Shown here one piece after another: positions 1 to 9,800 of a stretch of 64,000 nucleotides of DNA. This DNA is from a virus. Under the pieces are notes generated by a model. That model saw only the letters and a program-made list of their open reading frames with translations, was not told the DNA's origin and ran no database searches. The stretch lies in the IMG/VR virus record IMGVR_UViG_3300023084_000004; one strand, given 5' to 3'. The stretch's first letter is position 1. Every line of letters starts with the position of its first letter. Both the position numbers and the translations under genes were made by a program.

Positions 1-1
1 C

Positions 2-667
2 AACATCTTCTGGGTCAACAGGATCTCCGACCTGTCCTAATTCTTGTTCTAAATAGTTAACTGTAACAGCATCTTGTGGAAAAATTGGGTTTTTAAGATT
101 TGATATTCTGTGATCAGTAACGTTAATAACGTCGTCAACTTCTCCAGGAACTAAACGAATATCATCTACACCTAATATTCCATCTTGTGTTAGAGTAAGT
201 TCTCCAACATCAACTCTTGTTAAACCAGTAATTTCTGTCGTTGATTCGCCAATAGTTAATGAAGTATTACCTAATGTAATATCTTTTGCTTGAATATTTG
301 TGCTGTTAGCAGTAAAGTTTAAAGGAGATAAACTTGTATTATAGAAATTTGTGACATGACCAAATTGATCAATATCAACATTTCGTGTAAATTCGAGTAC
401 ATCATTATTTGTTGAGATTTCAACTGATGTATTTGCGTGGGAAATAACGAGATTAGCAAGTTCAGTATCGCTTTCAGGTGTTACAATGATACCTTGCCCA
501 GCATCAACTGCTTGAACATATGCACCAATCGTATCAATACCAAGAACAACTGAATCAGGAACGATTACAGGTTTTCTTTCTCCTGGAGCAACGATACTTG
601 TGGTAGTATCTTGTTTAGGTACTGCTCGAATAGATTTCGAGGAGTTAACCTTAACCTTTATACTCAC
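2..667 (-). CDS. Partial (runs off window start) tail-fibre-like structural protein; not in ORF track
   Basis: Open frame from GTG at 667, overlapping the TGA of the upstream ORF (GTGA), to the window edge. Hand translation MSIKVKVNSSKSIRAVPKQ...HRISNLKNPIFPQDAVTVNYLEQ; the RISNLxxPxxxQDAVTxNY motif is typical of trimeric fibre/adhesin stalk segments. Confidence 0.75.
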   Translation of the reverse strand, partial: MSIKVKVNSSKSIRAVPKQDTTTSIVAPGERKPVIVPDSVVLGIDTIGAYVQAVDAGQGIIVTPESDTELANLVISHANTSVEISTNNDVLEFTRNVDIDQFGHVTNFYNTSLSPLNFTANSTNIQAKDITLGNTSLTIGESTTEITGLTRVDVGELTLTQDGILGVDDIRLVPGEVDDVINVTDHRISNLKNPIFPQDAVTVNYLEQELGQVGDPVDPEDV

Positions 668-999
668 GAAACCTCCGTAATAGTGTCAACTACAATCGCT
701 AAGCCTTCAACTATTTTGGTCAATTCTCCTGTGGTTTTTTCCATGATTACATCATATTGGTATTTACCTGGCTTGAGAGCTGCAGTTTGAGTATCACTCA
801 AAATAAGTGTGACGTCGTTATTTGCTGTTTTCTCGATTGAAAAGGTCGCAACAGGACTTGCGTCTGAGTATAACTTTTTCATCCCACTGTAGAAATTGTA
901 GGTTGAGTGAAAAAGCTCTTGGTCGTCTTCGTCGAACAATTCAATTGTTGTTCTGAAATCCGTACCCTTGTCTATGTAAATATTAGCTCTTGATGCCAT
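664..999 (-). CDS. Small conserved virion-associated protein (111 aa)
   Basis: ORF track. The NIYIDKGTDF...GKYQYDV...KIVEG pattern resembles small structural proteins beside fibre genes in aquatic T4-like phages (recalled). Preceded by a late promoter. Confidence 0.6.
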   Translation of the reverse strand: MASRANIYIDKGTDFRTTIELFDEDDQELFHSTYNFYSGMKKLYSDASPVATFSIEKTANNDVTLILSDTQTAALKPGKYQYDVIMEKTTGELTKIVEGLAIVVDTITEVS

Positions 1000-1030
1000 T
1001 GGTGATGAAACCTTCTAAATCTTTATTAGT

Positions 1031-1038
1031 TATTTATA
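1031..1038 (-). promoter_or_regulatory. T4-type late promoter TATAAATA
   Basis: Exact TATAAATA on the minus strand, 32 nt upstream of ORF 664..999. Confidence 0.8.
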
Positions 1039-1041
1039 AGA

Positions 1042-1062
1042 AAGGGCATATAAAATGCCCTT
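1042..1062 (-). terminator. Rho-independent terminator after collagen fibre gene
   Basis: AAGGGCAT-ataaa-ATGCCCTT perfect 8-bp inverted repeat followed by TTCTT on the minus strand. Confidence 0.6.
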
Positions 1063-1114
1063 CAATGTTTTTATAATTATTGTTGAGCAAGTCACCCTTA
1101 CTGCATAGTATAAA

Positions 1115-4100
1115 TTATTTTGACTTTAATTCGTCAATTTGTTTTTGTTGTTCTTTAATAGCTTCAATCAATAATCCGACAATGTTTCCATAAGAAACTG
1201 ATTTATATCCTTCGCTTGTAAGCCCAACAACTTCAGGAAGAACTTTTTCTACTTCTTGCGCAATTAAACCAATTTCATGTCTTTCGTTATCTATCTTATT
1301 ATATGAAACTCCTCGTAAAGCTTTTACTTTATCAAGCGAACTTTCAAGTGTTTGTATATTTTCTTTTAATCTTTCGTCAGAATTTGTTGTGACGTTACCT
1401 GTTGCTGTAAAATCACCTGTTCCTGTATCGAATGTAAATCTTGTAGTTGTTCCTTCTCTCATTATGAGATCATGAGAGGCGTCAAAATCAATGTACATTG
1501 AAGTACCGTTATCATAGAACTGAACATCTTCACCAGTTCCGAAATATGCTGAACCGCCTCCACCGTTAGAACCATCTTGGAATACAATCTTACCAGAAGA
1601 TACTGTATTTGTAGCGGTTCCATCGAATGAACCACCACCGCCTGATGGCCATGAGGTAATTGTGGATCCACCAAGTGTCATTGATGTTGCTGTTACACTT
1701 ATAAAGTCAGCATTTTCATATATGATAGTATCGGTATTTAAGTTAAGTGTAATATTTCTTGTACCATTGTATCTTACAGAAGACATGATGTATAAGTCAC
1801 GAACACCACTTCCGTTAGTTACAAAGGTTGGCTTCATAGAAGCTGTTGTTTGAAGAACAGAGTTTTGAGTATTAATATCTACAGGATTAACACCTGAAGC
1901 CGAACCAGCTGGACCTTGGAAACCTATTGTACCTTGAGGACCTTGTGTACCGGTCTGACCTTGAAGACCTGAACCAGTAACACCAGAAACACCTTGAATA
2001 CCTTGGAAACCGATATAACCTTGAATACCTCTAAAGCCTTGAACACCAGGTGAACCAGCAAAACCTTGTGGGCCTGCCGAACCTGAACCAAATGCACCTT
2101 GAGTACCAGTATAACCTTGGAAACCTCTAGTACCTTGTGGACCTGCTACACCTGCAGGACCCTGTGTGGCTGCACCAGCTAAACCGTCCGCACCTTGAGG
2201 ACCGGCTGGTCCTTGACCACCTGAAGTACCTTGACCGGAAAAACCTTGAATACCTCTAAAGCCTTGAACACCCTGTGCACCAGCAGTACCTTGTGGACCA
2301 GAACCACCAGAACCACCATCTAGACCTTGCGGACCTTGAATACCTGTTGTTCCTTGGATACCCTGTAAGCCTGTTCCAAATCCACCTTGAACACCTTGGA
2401 ATCCATTTGCACCCTGCGCACCTTGAATACCAGCCCCACCATCGCCACCAACAGTTCCTTGGAAACCTTGGAAACCACGATACCCTTGAACACCAGGAGC
2501 TCCTAAACCAAATGGTCCTTGAACACCTTGAGGTCCTTGAATACCAGTAAGACCTTGAACTCCAGTACCTGTTGTTCCATCAATACCTTGAGGACCTTGC
2601 GTACCTTGAGGACCCACTCCACCTGATCCTTGAGCTCCTATTAAACCTTGTAGACCTAATGGTCCTTGTAAACCTTGAACACCTTGAACACCGATAACAC
2701 CCTGTCCACCAATACCAGATGTTCCTTGAATACCTTGAATACCTTGAGGTCCTGGCGCACCAATTGCACTTGTTCCTTGTAAACCTTGAGGACCTTGTGT
2801 ACCGCCTGAACCATCAGAACCTTGAATACCTTGAATACCTTGAGCACCCGTGGCACCTTGGAAACCACCTGCTCCAACACCACCGATACCTTGAGCACCA
2901 GTTAAACCTTGAATACCTTGAATACCTTGAGCGCCAACACCACCAGGTCCTTGGAAACCACCTGCACCCTGTGCTCCATCAGCACCTTGTAAACCTTGAA
3001 TACCTTGAGGACCAACTCCACCAGTTGCACCATCAGAACCTTGAATACCTGTTGTGCCCTGTAGGCCTTGAATACCTTGTGCACCAGCACCATCGCGACC
3101 TTGTAGACCTTGAATACCTGTTGTGCCTTGTAAACCTTGAACACCTTGAGGTCCAGTTGAACCCGTAGCACCTGTATCACCAGTTCTTGCGAATGTAATT
3201 GTTACGTCTTCGTCATTTGCAAATGTTCCATTACCACTTACAAAAGCACAAGTGATATTAAAATAACCAGTTAATTCTGCTAATGCACTGATCGTAAAGA
3301 TTTGGAATATTTCTGGTTGTGATTTCTTAGTAACTTTAAAGTGTCCTTTAATAGGACTTGTAGAGTCATCAACTGTTCTTATGAATGGCTGAATATCAAC
3401 AAAGTTATCGTCTCTGTCATCAATATACATTGATGTGACAGATGAGTATGAACTATTGTTGAATTTTAAGTAACCAACACCAGGATCGTTATTAATTGTA
3501 TCTGTTGAGAAGGTATAATCGAATGTAACACCACCGAATGAACCTTCAGCACCTTGTAAACCTAATGAACCTTGTAAACCTTGAGGGCCCTGTGTACCAG
3601 CACCAGTTCTTCCTTGTAAACCTTGAACGCCCTGAATACCTTGAATACCTTGAATACCAGCAGGACCGCGTGGAATAAATGTAATTAATGTGGCAGGACC
3701 ATGAACCTGATTAACAGAGATTTCCCAGCTTGTTACATTACCATCTACATAATTAACATCAAAGTAACCGTAGTTCTTAGAACCTGAATCCCAAGTCCAA
3801 TCTGTAATTTCATAAACTAACCAATGGTGACCAGCAGGACCAGACCCATCGTTGTAATTACCTTCTTGAACTTTTAAATAACCTTTAACTGTTCCTGGTT
3901 GAGACGCAATCCAATCTAAGAAATCATCAATCTCTTGAGTATATTGGTCAAGAGGAATATCATCAAGTGTAATTAATGTTGCTAATGTTGGATTAGCATT
4001 ATTGAATTTGAAATTATTTGTACCAGGATCTGTTCCACCAATAATATTATTACTAAAGTTCCATATCCAAGTTAAACCACCATATTGTCCTTGCTCACCC

Positions 4101-6367
4101 TGAAGTCCTTGTAGACCTTGAATACCTGTTGTGCCCTGTAGGCCTTGAATACCTTGTGCACCAGTTGCACCAGCGTTACCCTGTAACCCTTGTAAACCTT
4201 GAATACCAGTCGTTCCTTGAACGCCCTGTACACCTTGAATTGCTTCACCTTGAATACCTTGGAAACCTTGAATACCAGTATCACCTTGGATACCTTTTTC
4301 ACCTTGTACTCCCTGAAGCCCTTGAATACCTTGAATACCTAATAGACCTTGGATACCTTGAATACCCTGTGTACCTTGATCACCAGTTCTTGAGAAGGTT
4401 ACACGAATATCTTCGCCATCTGATAATGAATTAATACCATTCATTTTAGCGACATCAAGTACCCAATAACCTGTTCCATTTACAATGTCATCAATTCTAA
4501 ATGTTACGAAATTATTAACATTAGATGCTTGTATAATTTTTACATAGCCTTTAACACCAGAACTTGAAGCAGCAAGATCGGTCATTAAACCGTCCATTAC
4601 ATTTGTGCTACCATCGTCTTGATCATCGATGTATATTTGCGTTGCTGAAGCAAAGGCGATATTATTAATTCTTAAGAAGCCTATACCAGGATCGGCAGCG
4701 GCTACGTTATCACTATAGGTATAATCATATGTGATTCCACCGAAATCACCTGTGTTACCTTGAACACCTTGTAAACCTGTAATGCCTTGTAAACCTTGAA
4801 CACCTTGAGGTCCTCTTGTACCTTGTGTTCCTTGAATACCAGTATTACCTTGAATACCAGTTGTGCCCTGTGGGCCTTGTAAACCTTGAAGACCCTGTGT
4901 TCCTTGCGGGCCTTGTGTACCTGTAGTACCTTGAATACCAGTTGTACCTTGGATACCTTGCTCACCTTCTTTCATGAAGGAAAGTCTAATATCAGTTCCG
5001 TTAGTTAATCCAGTTACACCTGAAACTCTTACAACATCAAATTGCCAGTAACCTGTTCTGTCTGTAACACCTTCAATTCTGAATAATACTTGGTCATATA
5101 TGTTATTACCGTTAACTGCTCTAACATAACCTTTAATAGGACCACCGACGCCAGCTAATTCAGTGGCGATACCGTCCATAACTCCAACACCGCCATCATC
5201 TTCATCATCAACATACATATAAAGACCAACAGCGGCCAAGTTAGTACTTGAGAATTTAACGATACCAGTTCCTGGATCTGAATCTACTGTATTATTTGAA
5301 TAAGTATAATCATATGTGATACCACCAAAGTCTCCAGTAGCACCTTGAGTACCAGTATCACCTTGAATACCTGTAATGCCTTGAACACCTTGTGGACCAA
5401 TACGTCCTTGTATACCTTGGAAACCTAAATCACCTTGGATACCTGTAATGCCTTGTACACCTTGAGGTCCTCTAAAACCTTGTATACCTTGGAAACCTAA
5501 ATCACCTTGAACACCCTGTGTTCCTTGCCAACCCTGAACACCTTGGAAACCACGGAAACCTCTTTCCCCTTGAATACCTTCATTACCTAAAGGACCTTGA
5601 ACACCTTGAATACCTTGTGGGCCTTGGAAACCTTGAACACCGCGGAATGTACCAATGTTAACCCAAACAGATCCATCATAAACCCAAAGTGTATCGTCAG
5701 ATTGATCAACAACTGCTTGACCTGTTGTTGCACCTGGAAATGCTGTATTTAATGAAGATTGGTCACCAGGACCCGCGATTGAACCGATAATATTAAAACC
5801 AGGACCATAAGAACCTTGTAAACCTTGAGCACCAGTGGCACCTTGGATACCTTGCTGTCCTTGTCCTATTTGACTAACAGGATCAGATGCAAATACCATA
5901 ATAGCAAATGCACTTGATGTAGACGGAGTTGTTACATTACCATTGCTGTCATAGAATGAAGCTTCAAAACCATTTACTGTTTTACTTTGAATTGATACTA
6001 AACGAGCATCATCATTCAATTCACCATCAGTGACAACAGTATAATCAGTATCAGGTTGAGCAGTATCAAAAGTAAAGTCTAATGTGCCATTACCTGCATC
6101 CCAATTCGAAGATGAAATTCCGGTACCTGTAATATTACCTGTTCCGTCAACTCGAATAAATGCGAATGGAAGAATAGCGTCAACTGTGGTTCCTGTACCA
6201 CCGCTTAATAATTCAATCCATTGTGTACCATCAGAAAAATATAATTTATCATTATCAGCATAGACAACCGCACCCTCATAAGCAACTGGGTCGAGTGTAA
6301 TCGGATAGGCTTGAGGATTACCAAAGCCTATTAACTGACTTTTTCCTGTTAGTGTTCCAAAGGACAT
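1115..6367 (-). CDS. Collagen-like (Gly-X-Gln) tail fibre, 1750 aa, with four internal globular repeats and C-terminal S74 intramolecular chaperone
   Basis: Long G-X-Q triplet runs (QGIQGLQG). Four FGG(I/L/V)T(Y/W/F)xxx(Y/F)S...DPG domains. C-terminal SDERLKENI...IGLIAQEVEKVLPEVV...YGNIVGLLIEAIKE is the peptidase S74 pattern. Confidence 0.88.
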   Translation of the reverse strand: MSFGTLTGKSQLIGFGNPQAYPITLDPVAYEGAVVYADNDKLYFSDGTQWIELLSGGTGTTVDAILPFAFIRVDGTGNITGTGISSSNWDAGNGTLDFTFDTAQPDTDYTVVTDGELNDDARLVSIQSKTVNGFEASFYDSNGNVTTPSTSSAFAIMVFASDPVSQIGQGQQGIQGATGAQGLQGSYGPGFNIIGSIAGPGDQSSLNTAFPGATTGQAVVDQSDDTLWVYDGSVWVNIGTFRGVQGFQGPQGIQGVQGPLGNEGIQGERGFRGFQGVQGWQGTQGVQGDLGFQGIQGFRGPQGVQGITGIQGDLGFQGIQGRIGPQGVQGITGIQGDTGTQGATGDFGGITYDYTYSNNTVDSDPGTGIVKFSSTNLAAVGLYMYVDDEDDGGVGVMDGIATELAGVGGPIKGYVRAVNGNNIYDQVLFRIEGVTDRTGYWQFDVVRVSGVTGLTNGTDIRLSFMKEGEQGIQGTTGIQGTTGTQGPQGTQGLQGLQGPQGTTGIQGNTGIQGTQGTRGPQGVQGLQGITGLQGVQGNTGDFGGITYDYTYSDNVAAADPGIGFLRINNIAFASATQIYIDDQDDGSTNVMDGLMTDLAASSSGVKGYVKIIQASNVNNFVTFRIDDIVNGTGYWVLDVAKMNGINSLSDGEDIRVTFSRTGDQGTQGIQGIQGLLGIQGIQGLQGVQGEKGIQGDTGIQGFQGIQGEAIQGVQGVQGTTGIQGLQGLQGNAGATGAQGIQGLQGTTGIQGLQGLQGEQGQYGGLTWIWNFSNNIIGGTDPGTNNFKFNNANPTLATLITLDDIPLDQYTQEIDDFLDWIASQPGTVKGYLKVQEGNYNDGSGPAGHHWLVYEITDWTWDSGSKNYGYFDVNYVDGNVTSWEISVNQVHGPATLITFIPRGPAGIQGIQGIQGVQGLQGRTGAGTQGPQGLQGSLGLQGAEGSFGGVTFDYTFSTDTINNDPGVGYLKFNNSSYSSVTSMYIDDRDDNFVDIQPFIRTVDDSTSPIKGHFKVTKKSQPEIFQIFTISALAELTGYFNITCAFVSGNGTFANDEDVTITFARTGDTGATGSTGPQGVQGLQGTTGIQGLQGRDGAGAQGIQGLQGTTGIQGSDGATGGVGPQGIQGLQGADGAQGAGGFQGPGGVGAQGIQGIQGLTGAQGIGGVGAGGFQGATGAQGIQGIQGSDGSGGTQGPQGLQGTSAIGAPGPQGIQGIQGTSGIGGQGVIGVQGVQGLQGPLGLQGLIGAQGSGGVGPQGTQGPQGIDGTTGTGVQGLTGIQGPQGVQGPFGLGAPGVQGYRGFQGFQGTVGGDGGAGIQGAQGANGFQGVQGGFGTGLQGIQGTTGIQGPQGLDGGSGGSGPQGTAGAQGVQGFRGIQGFSGQGTSGGQGPAGPQGADGLAGAATQGPAGVAGPQGTRGFQGYTGTQGAFGSGSAGPQGFAGSPGVQGFRGIQGYIGFQGIQGVSGVTGSGLQGQTGTQGPQGTIGFQGPAGSASGVNPVDINTQNSVLQTTASMKPTFVTNGSGVRDLYIMSSVRYNGTRNITLNLNTDTIIYENADFISVTATSMTLGGSTITSWPSGGGGSFDGTATNTVSSGKIVFQDGSNGGGGSAYFGTGEDVQFYDNGTSMYIDFDASHDLIMREGTTTRFTFDTGTGDFTATGNVTTNSDERLKENIQTLESSLDKVKALRGVSYNKIDNERHEIGLIAQEVEKVLPEVVGLTSEGYKSVSYGNIVGLLIEAIKEQQKQIDELKSK
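1905..5870 (-). repeat. Collagen-coding tandem repeats (9-nt period, e.g. CCTTGAATA / CAAGGT units) in several blocks
   Basis: Many copies of ccttgaatacc, ccttgaacacc and ccttgtaaacc on the + strand, interrupted by four globular-domain segments. Confidence 0.9.
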
Positions 6368-6395
6368 TTAAATTATTCTCCGTTAATCATTATAA

Positions 6396-6403
6396 TATTT
6401 ATT
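6396..6403 (-). promoter_or_regulatory. Late-promoter variant AATAAATA
   Basis: Intergenic, about 30 nt upstream of the collagen fibre ATG; one mismatch to TATAAATA. Confidence 0.55.
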
Positions 6404-6406
6404 TCA

Positions 6407-6829
6407 TTAAACAACGTCATCTTCCTCAGATTGACCAAGTGTAAATGATAATGTTGAATGTACAGCTAAATCTGTGTCAGCTTTGATTTCTAACGTATCA
6501 CCACTCTTTAAGAATTGGCCATTCAAAGGAATTGGAATTGTTTGATAACCTGGCACAGGCAATAATCTCAAGATATAAAACTCTTGGTTGACATCGTCCC
6601 TATGTACTCTTACGTCAATATTGACTGTGTTTGCGGTTGTGTTACACAAAATTAGAGGTGAAATAACTTCACCAACACCTGGTTCAACAGTTGTTGATCC
6701 ACCAAAAACTAGTTCAGGAACCTCGTACTGAGGAACTTCAATAATGACTTGCCAGTTTGTCGATACTACTAAATTGACGGCAACTGGTTTTGCGTCAGGT
6801 GCCTGAGAAGTTGTAATTGTTGTTGGCAT
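6407..6829 (-). CDS. Hypothetical beta-rich virion protein (140 aa)
   Basis: ORF track; lies between two large structural genes; no recognised catalytic motif. Confidence 0.6.
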   Translation of the reverse strand: MPTTITTSQAPDAKPVAVNLVVSTNWQVIIEVPQYEVPELVFGGSTTVEPGVGEVISPLILCNTTANTVNIDVRVHRDDVNQEFYILRLLPVPGYQTIPIPLNGQFLKSGDTLEIKADTDLAVHSTLSFTLGQSEEDDVV

Positions 6830-6848
6830 TATTTTATCCTATATTAAT

Positions 6849-9800
6849 TTAAATTACTGCTCTACTGTTTGAAGCTCTTCTTGCAAGTTTTCTTACAGAA
6901 GATGTAAATGGTCGTCCTTCAATTCGACCTGTTCTACCATTAATTCTTAGACCTCTTGCGAAGTATTGGTTATTCAATTCATCCGCACCAGACCATCTAA
7001 TTCTACCACCGTCTTCACTTAGTACCGAAGCTACCGCTGATATAGCAGAACCTAAGTTTCTAAAGTTTAGAGGTAGAGCATTTCTGTTAACACCCGCGGA
7101 TGCACCATTAAACTGGTGAGCAATAGATTCTACCAAGGAACCAAATACTAGAGTTTCAGGTCTTAAGATATTATCTTTTAGACAATCATTAAATAATCCT
7201 TCAACCATTAAGTCATGCTGTGAGTTAGGTGATAGATTATCAACAATATAATCTCTCATTCTATCCCAAGCACCAGTGAAGGCATCTAATAACGATGTAT
7301 CATTAGGTCCATCTAGTACCCATGTTGTTCCGTTCCAGTAATATATATCTCCAGCGAAATGATTAGTTGCATAGTTAGATGCAACAATATATGCATGGTT
7401 TGGTTTTTGTCCTGTTATTGCCGCAAGATCTGAAAGTTGTTCAACACTTCCTTGATACTTATAAGCCGCATTAGATGGATTAAATACTGGGAATGTGTGC
7501 TGTCCTTTCTGATCGAAGAATGCTGCAGTAAATGATCTTGTTGATTTTTGAGATCCTGCTACGTCTCCATATACTGGTGTACCTGCAGAAGCATCTTCAT
7601 ATCTGAAGTCGTTTGTAATAGCTTCAAGCAAGTTGTAACCATCTCTTCTTGTTAATCCAATATCGATAAAGTCGTATGTGCTATTAACAAATCTTACAAC
7701 ATCAAATGCAAGATCGAGTTTATTTTGCTCAAGAATAAATTGAGCACTTGTGAATTGATCTCCTGAGTATGTATAATCTGGTTCTTCTTTAGCAGGTAAG
7801 TACTTAGTATCTTTAAAGAATTGTGTCTTATAGAAAATATTAGCAAGATTTTGTACTTTTTCGGCTTCAACTTGAGTTCCAAGTTCGCCAAGAGCAACCT
7901 GATTTGGATATTTTCCTACAACAATATCTTTACAAATTACACCGAGTTGCTTATAAGCTTTTGCTGTTGCAACTCTTTGATCTTCAGGGACTCTATATTG
8001 ATTATTCCAGAAGTAGAAATCTGCATTCCATCTTGATGCGATATTACCGCCATAGTTCAAGTCATAAGAGAATGCGTCAAGTAAGTAACCTACGTCTCTT
8101 CTACACTTATCTCTGTTATAATCAAGAACATCAAATTCTGTATTGATATATTCAATCATATCGTTAGCAAGAATTTCAAGATTATCATCAATCTGTTGAG
8201 CTGCACCTATAACGTCTGAAGCAACCCAAGCTGTTGTAGGTTGTACTAAACCAGGCATTGAATCAAGTGAATTTGCTCTGATAACATCTTCTACAATTCC
8301 GATTAAGTCAGAAACTCTTGCACCTTCAACCGCAGTTGCTGGTGTACCTGTTGTATCAAATGGTGTATCAGTATATGTTGTATTTGCAATACTTCCATCT
8401 TCTTGAACAACCGCATCAAGAACTGTTCCTAAGTAGTTGTATACATCAGCAGTTTGAGTTCTTGTATCTGCAGGTAATACGCTCACACCCCAATCGAAGT
8501 AAATTTGAGCTGCGATACGTGTTGCATAGTTTCCGTCATATTGAATATCATGAGAGATAGCATCGATTAAGTATCCAATGTCTCTTCTACACCTTTGTTC
8601 AGGGAAACTCAATCCGTTATGAACATTAGAAATATAATTTAAGATCGAAGCGGCTAGGTTAACGCTTTCATCTTCAATCAATTCTTTAGATGCTACGTAT
8701 GGAGTTCTTTGCCATGTTTGTACAGGATCTACGCGATCTGGGAATGAAACGTAAGATCCTTTATCTACGACATTGGCAACAATCTTAACTAGGTTTTGAG
8801 CTCTTATTGCGATTTCTGGGCTACCAGCAATTTGTGTCTGATCTTGTTTTTCTATATTACCATCAATTTGTAATATTGCATTAGGTATTGCACTTACAAA
8901 AGTATGTGCACCTGTGTATTGTTTTGCATATCCAGTATTTACAGTAAATGTATTTGAAGTTACTGCTGTAATTTCAAGAGGTTTCTTAAATGCAGGATCG
9001 GTTCTTCTTGGATGAGAAATTTGAACAGCAGGTGAACCACACTCGAATGTTATACCTTCTTCTGCGATAATAATATGATCGCCAACACTCATATAATGAG
9101 GTGAAGTTGTTGTAATAACAGTTTCTCCAGTGGTTGGACTATAAGTTGCTGTACTTACACCAAACTTACGCTTAACCCAATCTGTTTGATCTACATCAAG
9201 TCTTCTTACACATTGCTCAACAAGATTTGATACATGAGTAAATGCTTTCTTACTTGCTTCTCTCTGGAATACTGGTAGTGTACTTACTGCATTATCAAAA
9301 TACATATAAGCGGCATTTAATGTTGCTGCATTACCACCGTATTGAATATCATGTGATACTGCATCAAGAACATATCCAATATCTCTTCTACATTTATCTT
9401 CATCATAAGGAAGAATTTCAAAGAATCTTGCAAGATAAGTAAGAATTCCATCTTGAATACCTGATATTGAAGTAACGAGTTGAGCATAAGCTGTTTGATA
9501 TTCTGCTTGATAACCTGCAAGATTTGGAAGTTCTTCAGCTGGTAAACTATCAATACCATCATTATCTATGGCATCAGAAACTAATTCAAACATTTGTCTA
9601 ACTTTTAATGCCATTGCAGCACCTGCATTACCAGATGCGAATGATTGATTTTCAGCATTACCAGTAGTTTTTGTTACTGCAGAATCTTGAACAACTAATT
9701 CAGCAACCGTTGCGATATGAGCAAATGCTGCAGCGGTTGGAGCTCTTTGATCTTCAGGTAATATTGCTACTGCGTTTTCGAAGTAGATATTAGCATTCCA

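Noticed and set aside
2275-4965. Many alternative-frame ORFs (LEYLEYL..., KVFKVFK...) inside the collagen gene
   Set aside because: They are shadow frames of the 9-nt CAAGGT-type repeat, which lacks stops in other frames; they have no RBS or independent features.
1905-5870. Repeat array as a possible CRISPR or satellite
   Set aside because: Repeats are codon-periodic and in frame with Gly-X-Gln, with no constant repeat plus unique spacer structure and no cas genes.
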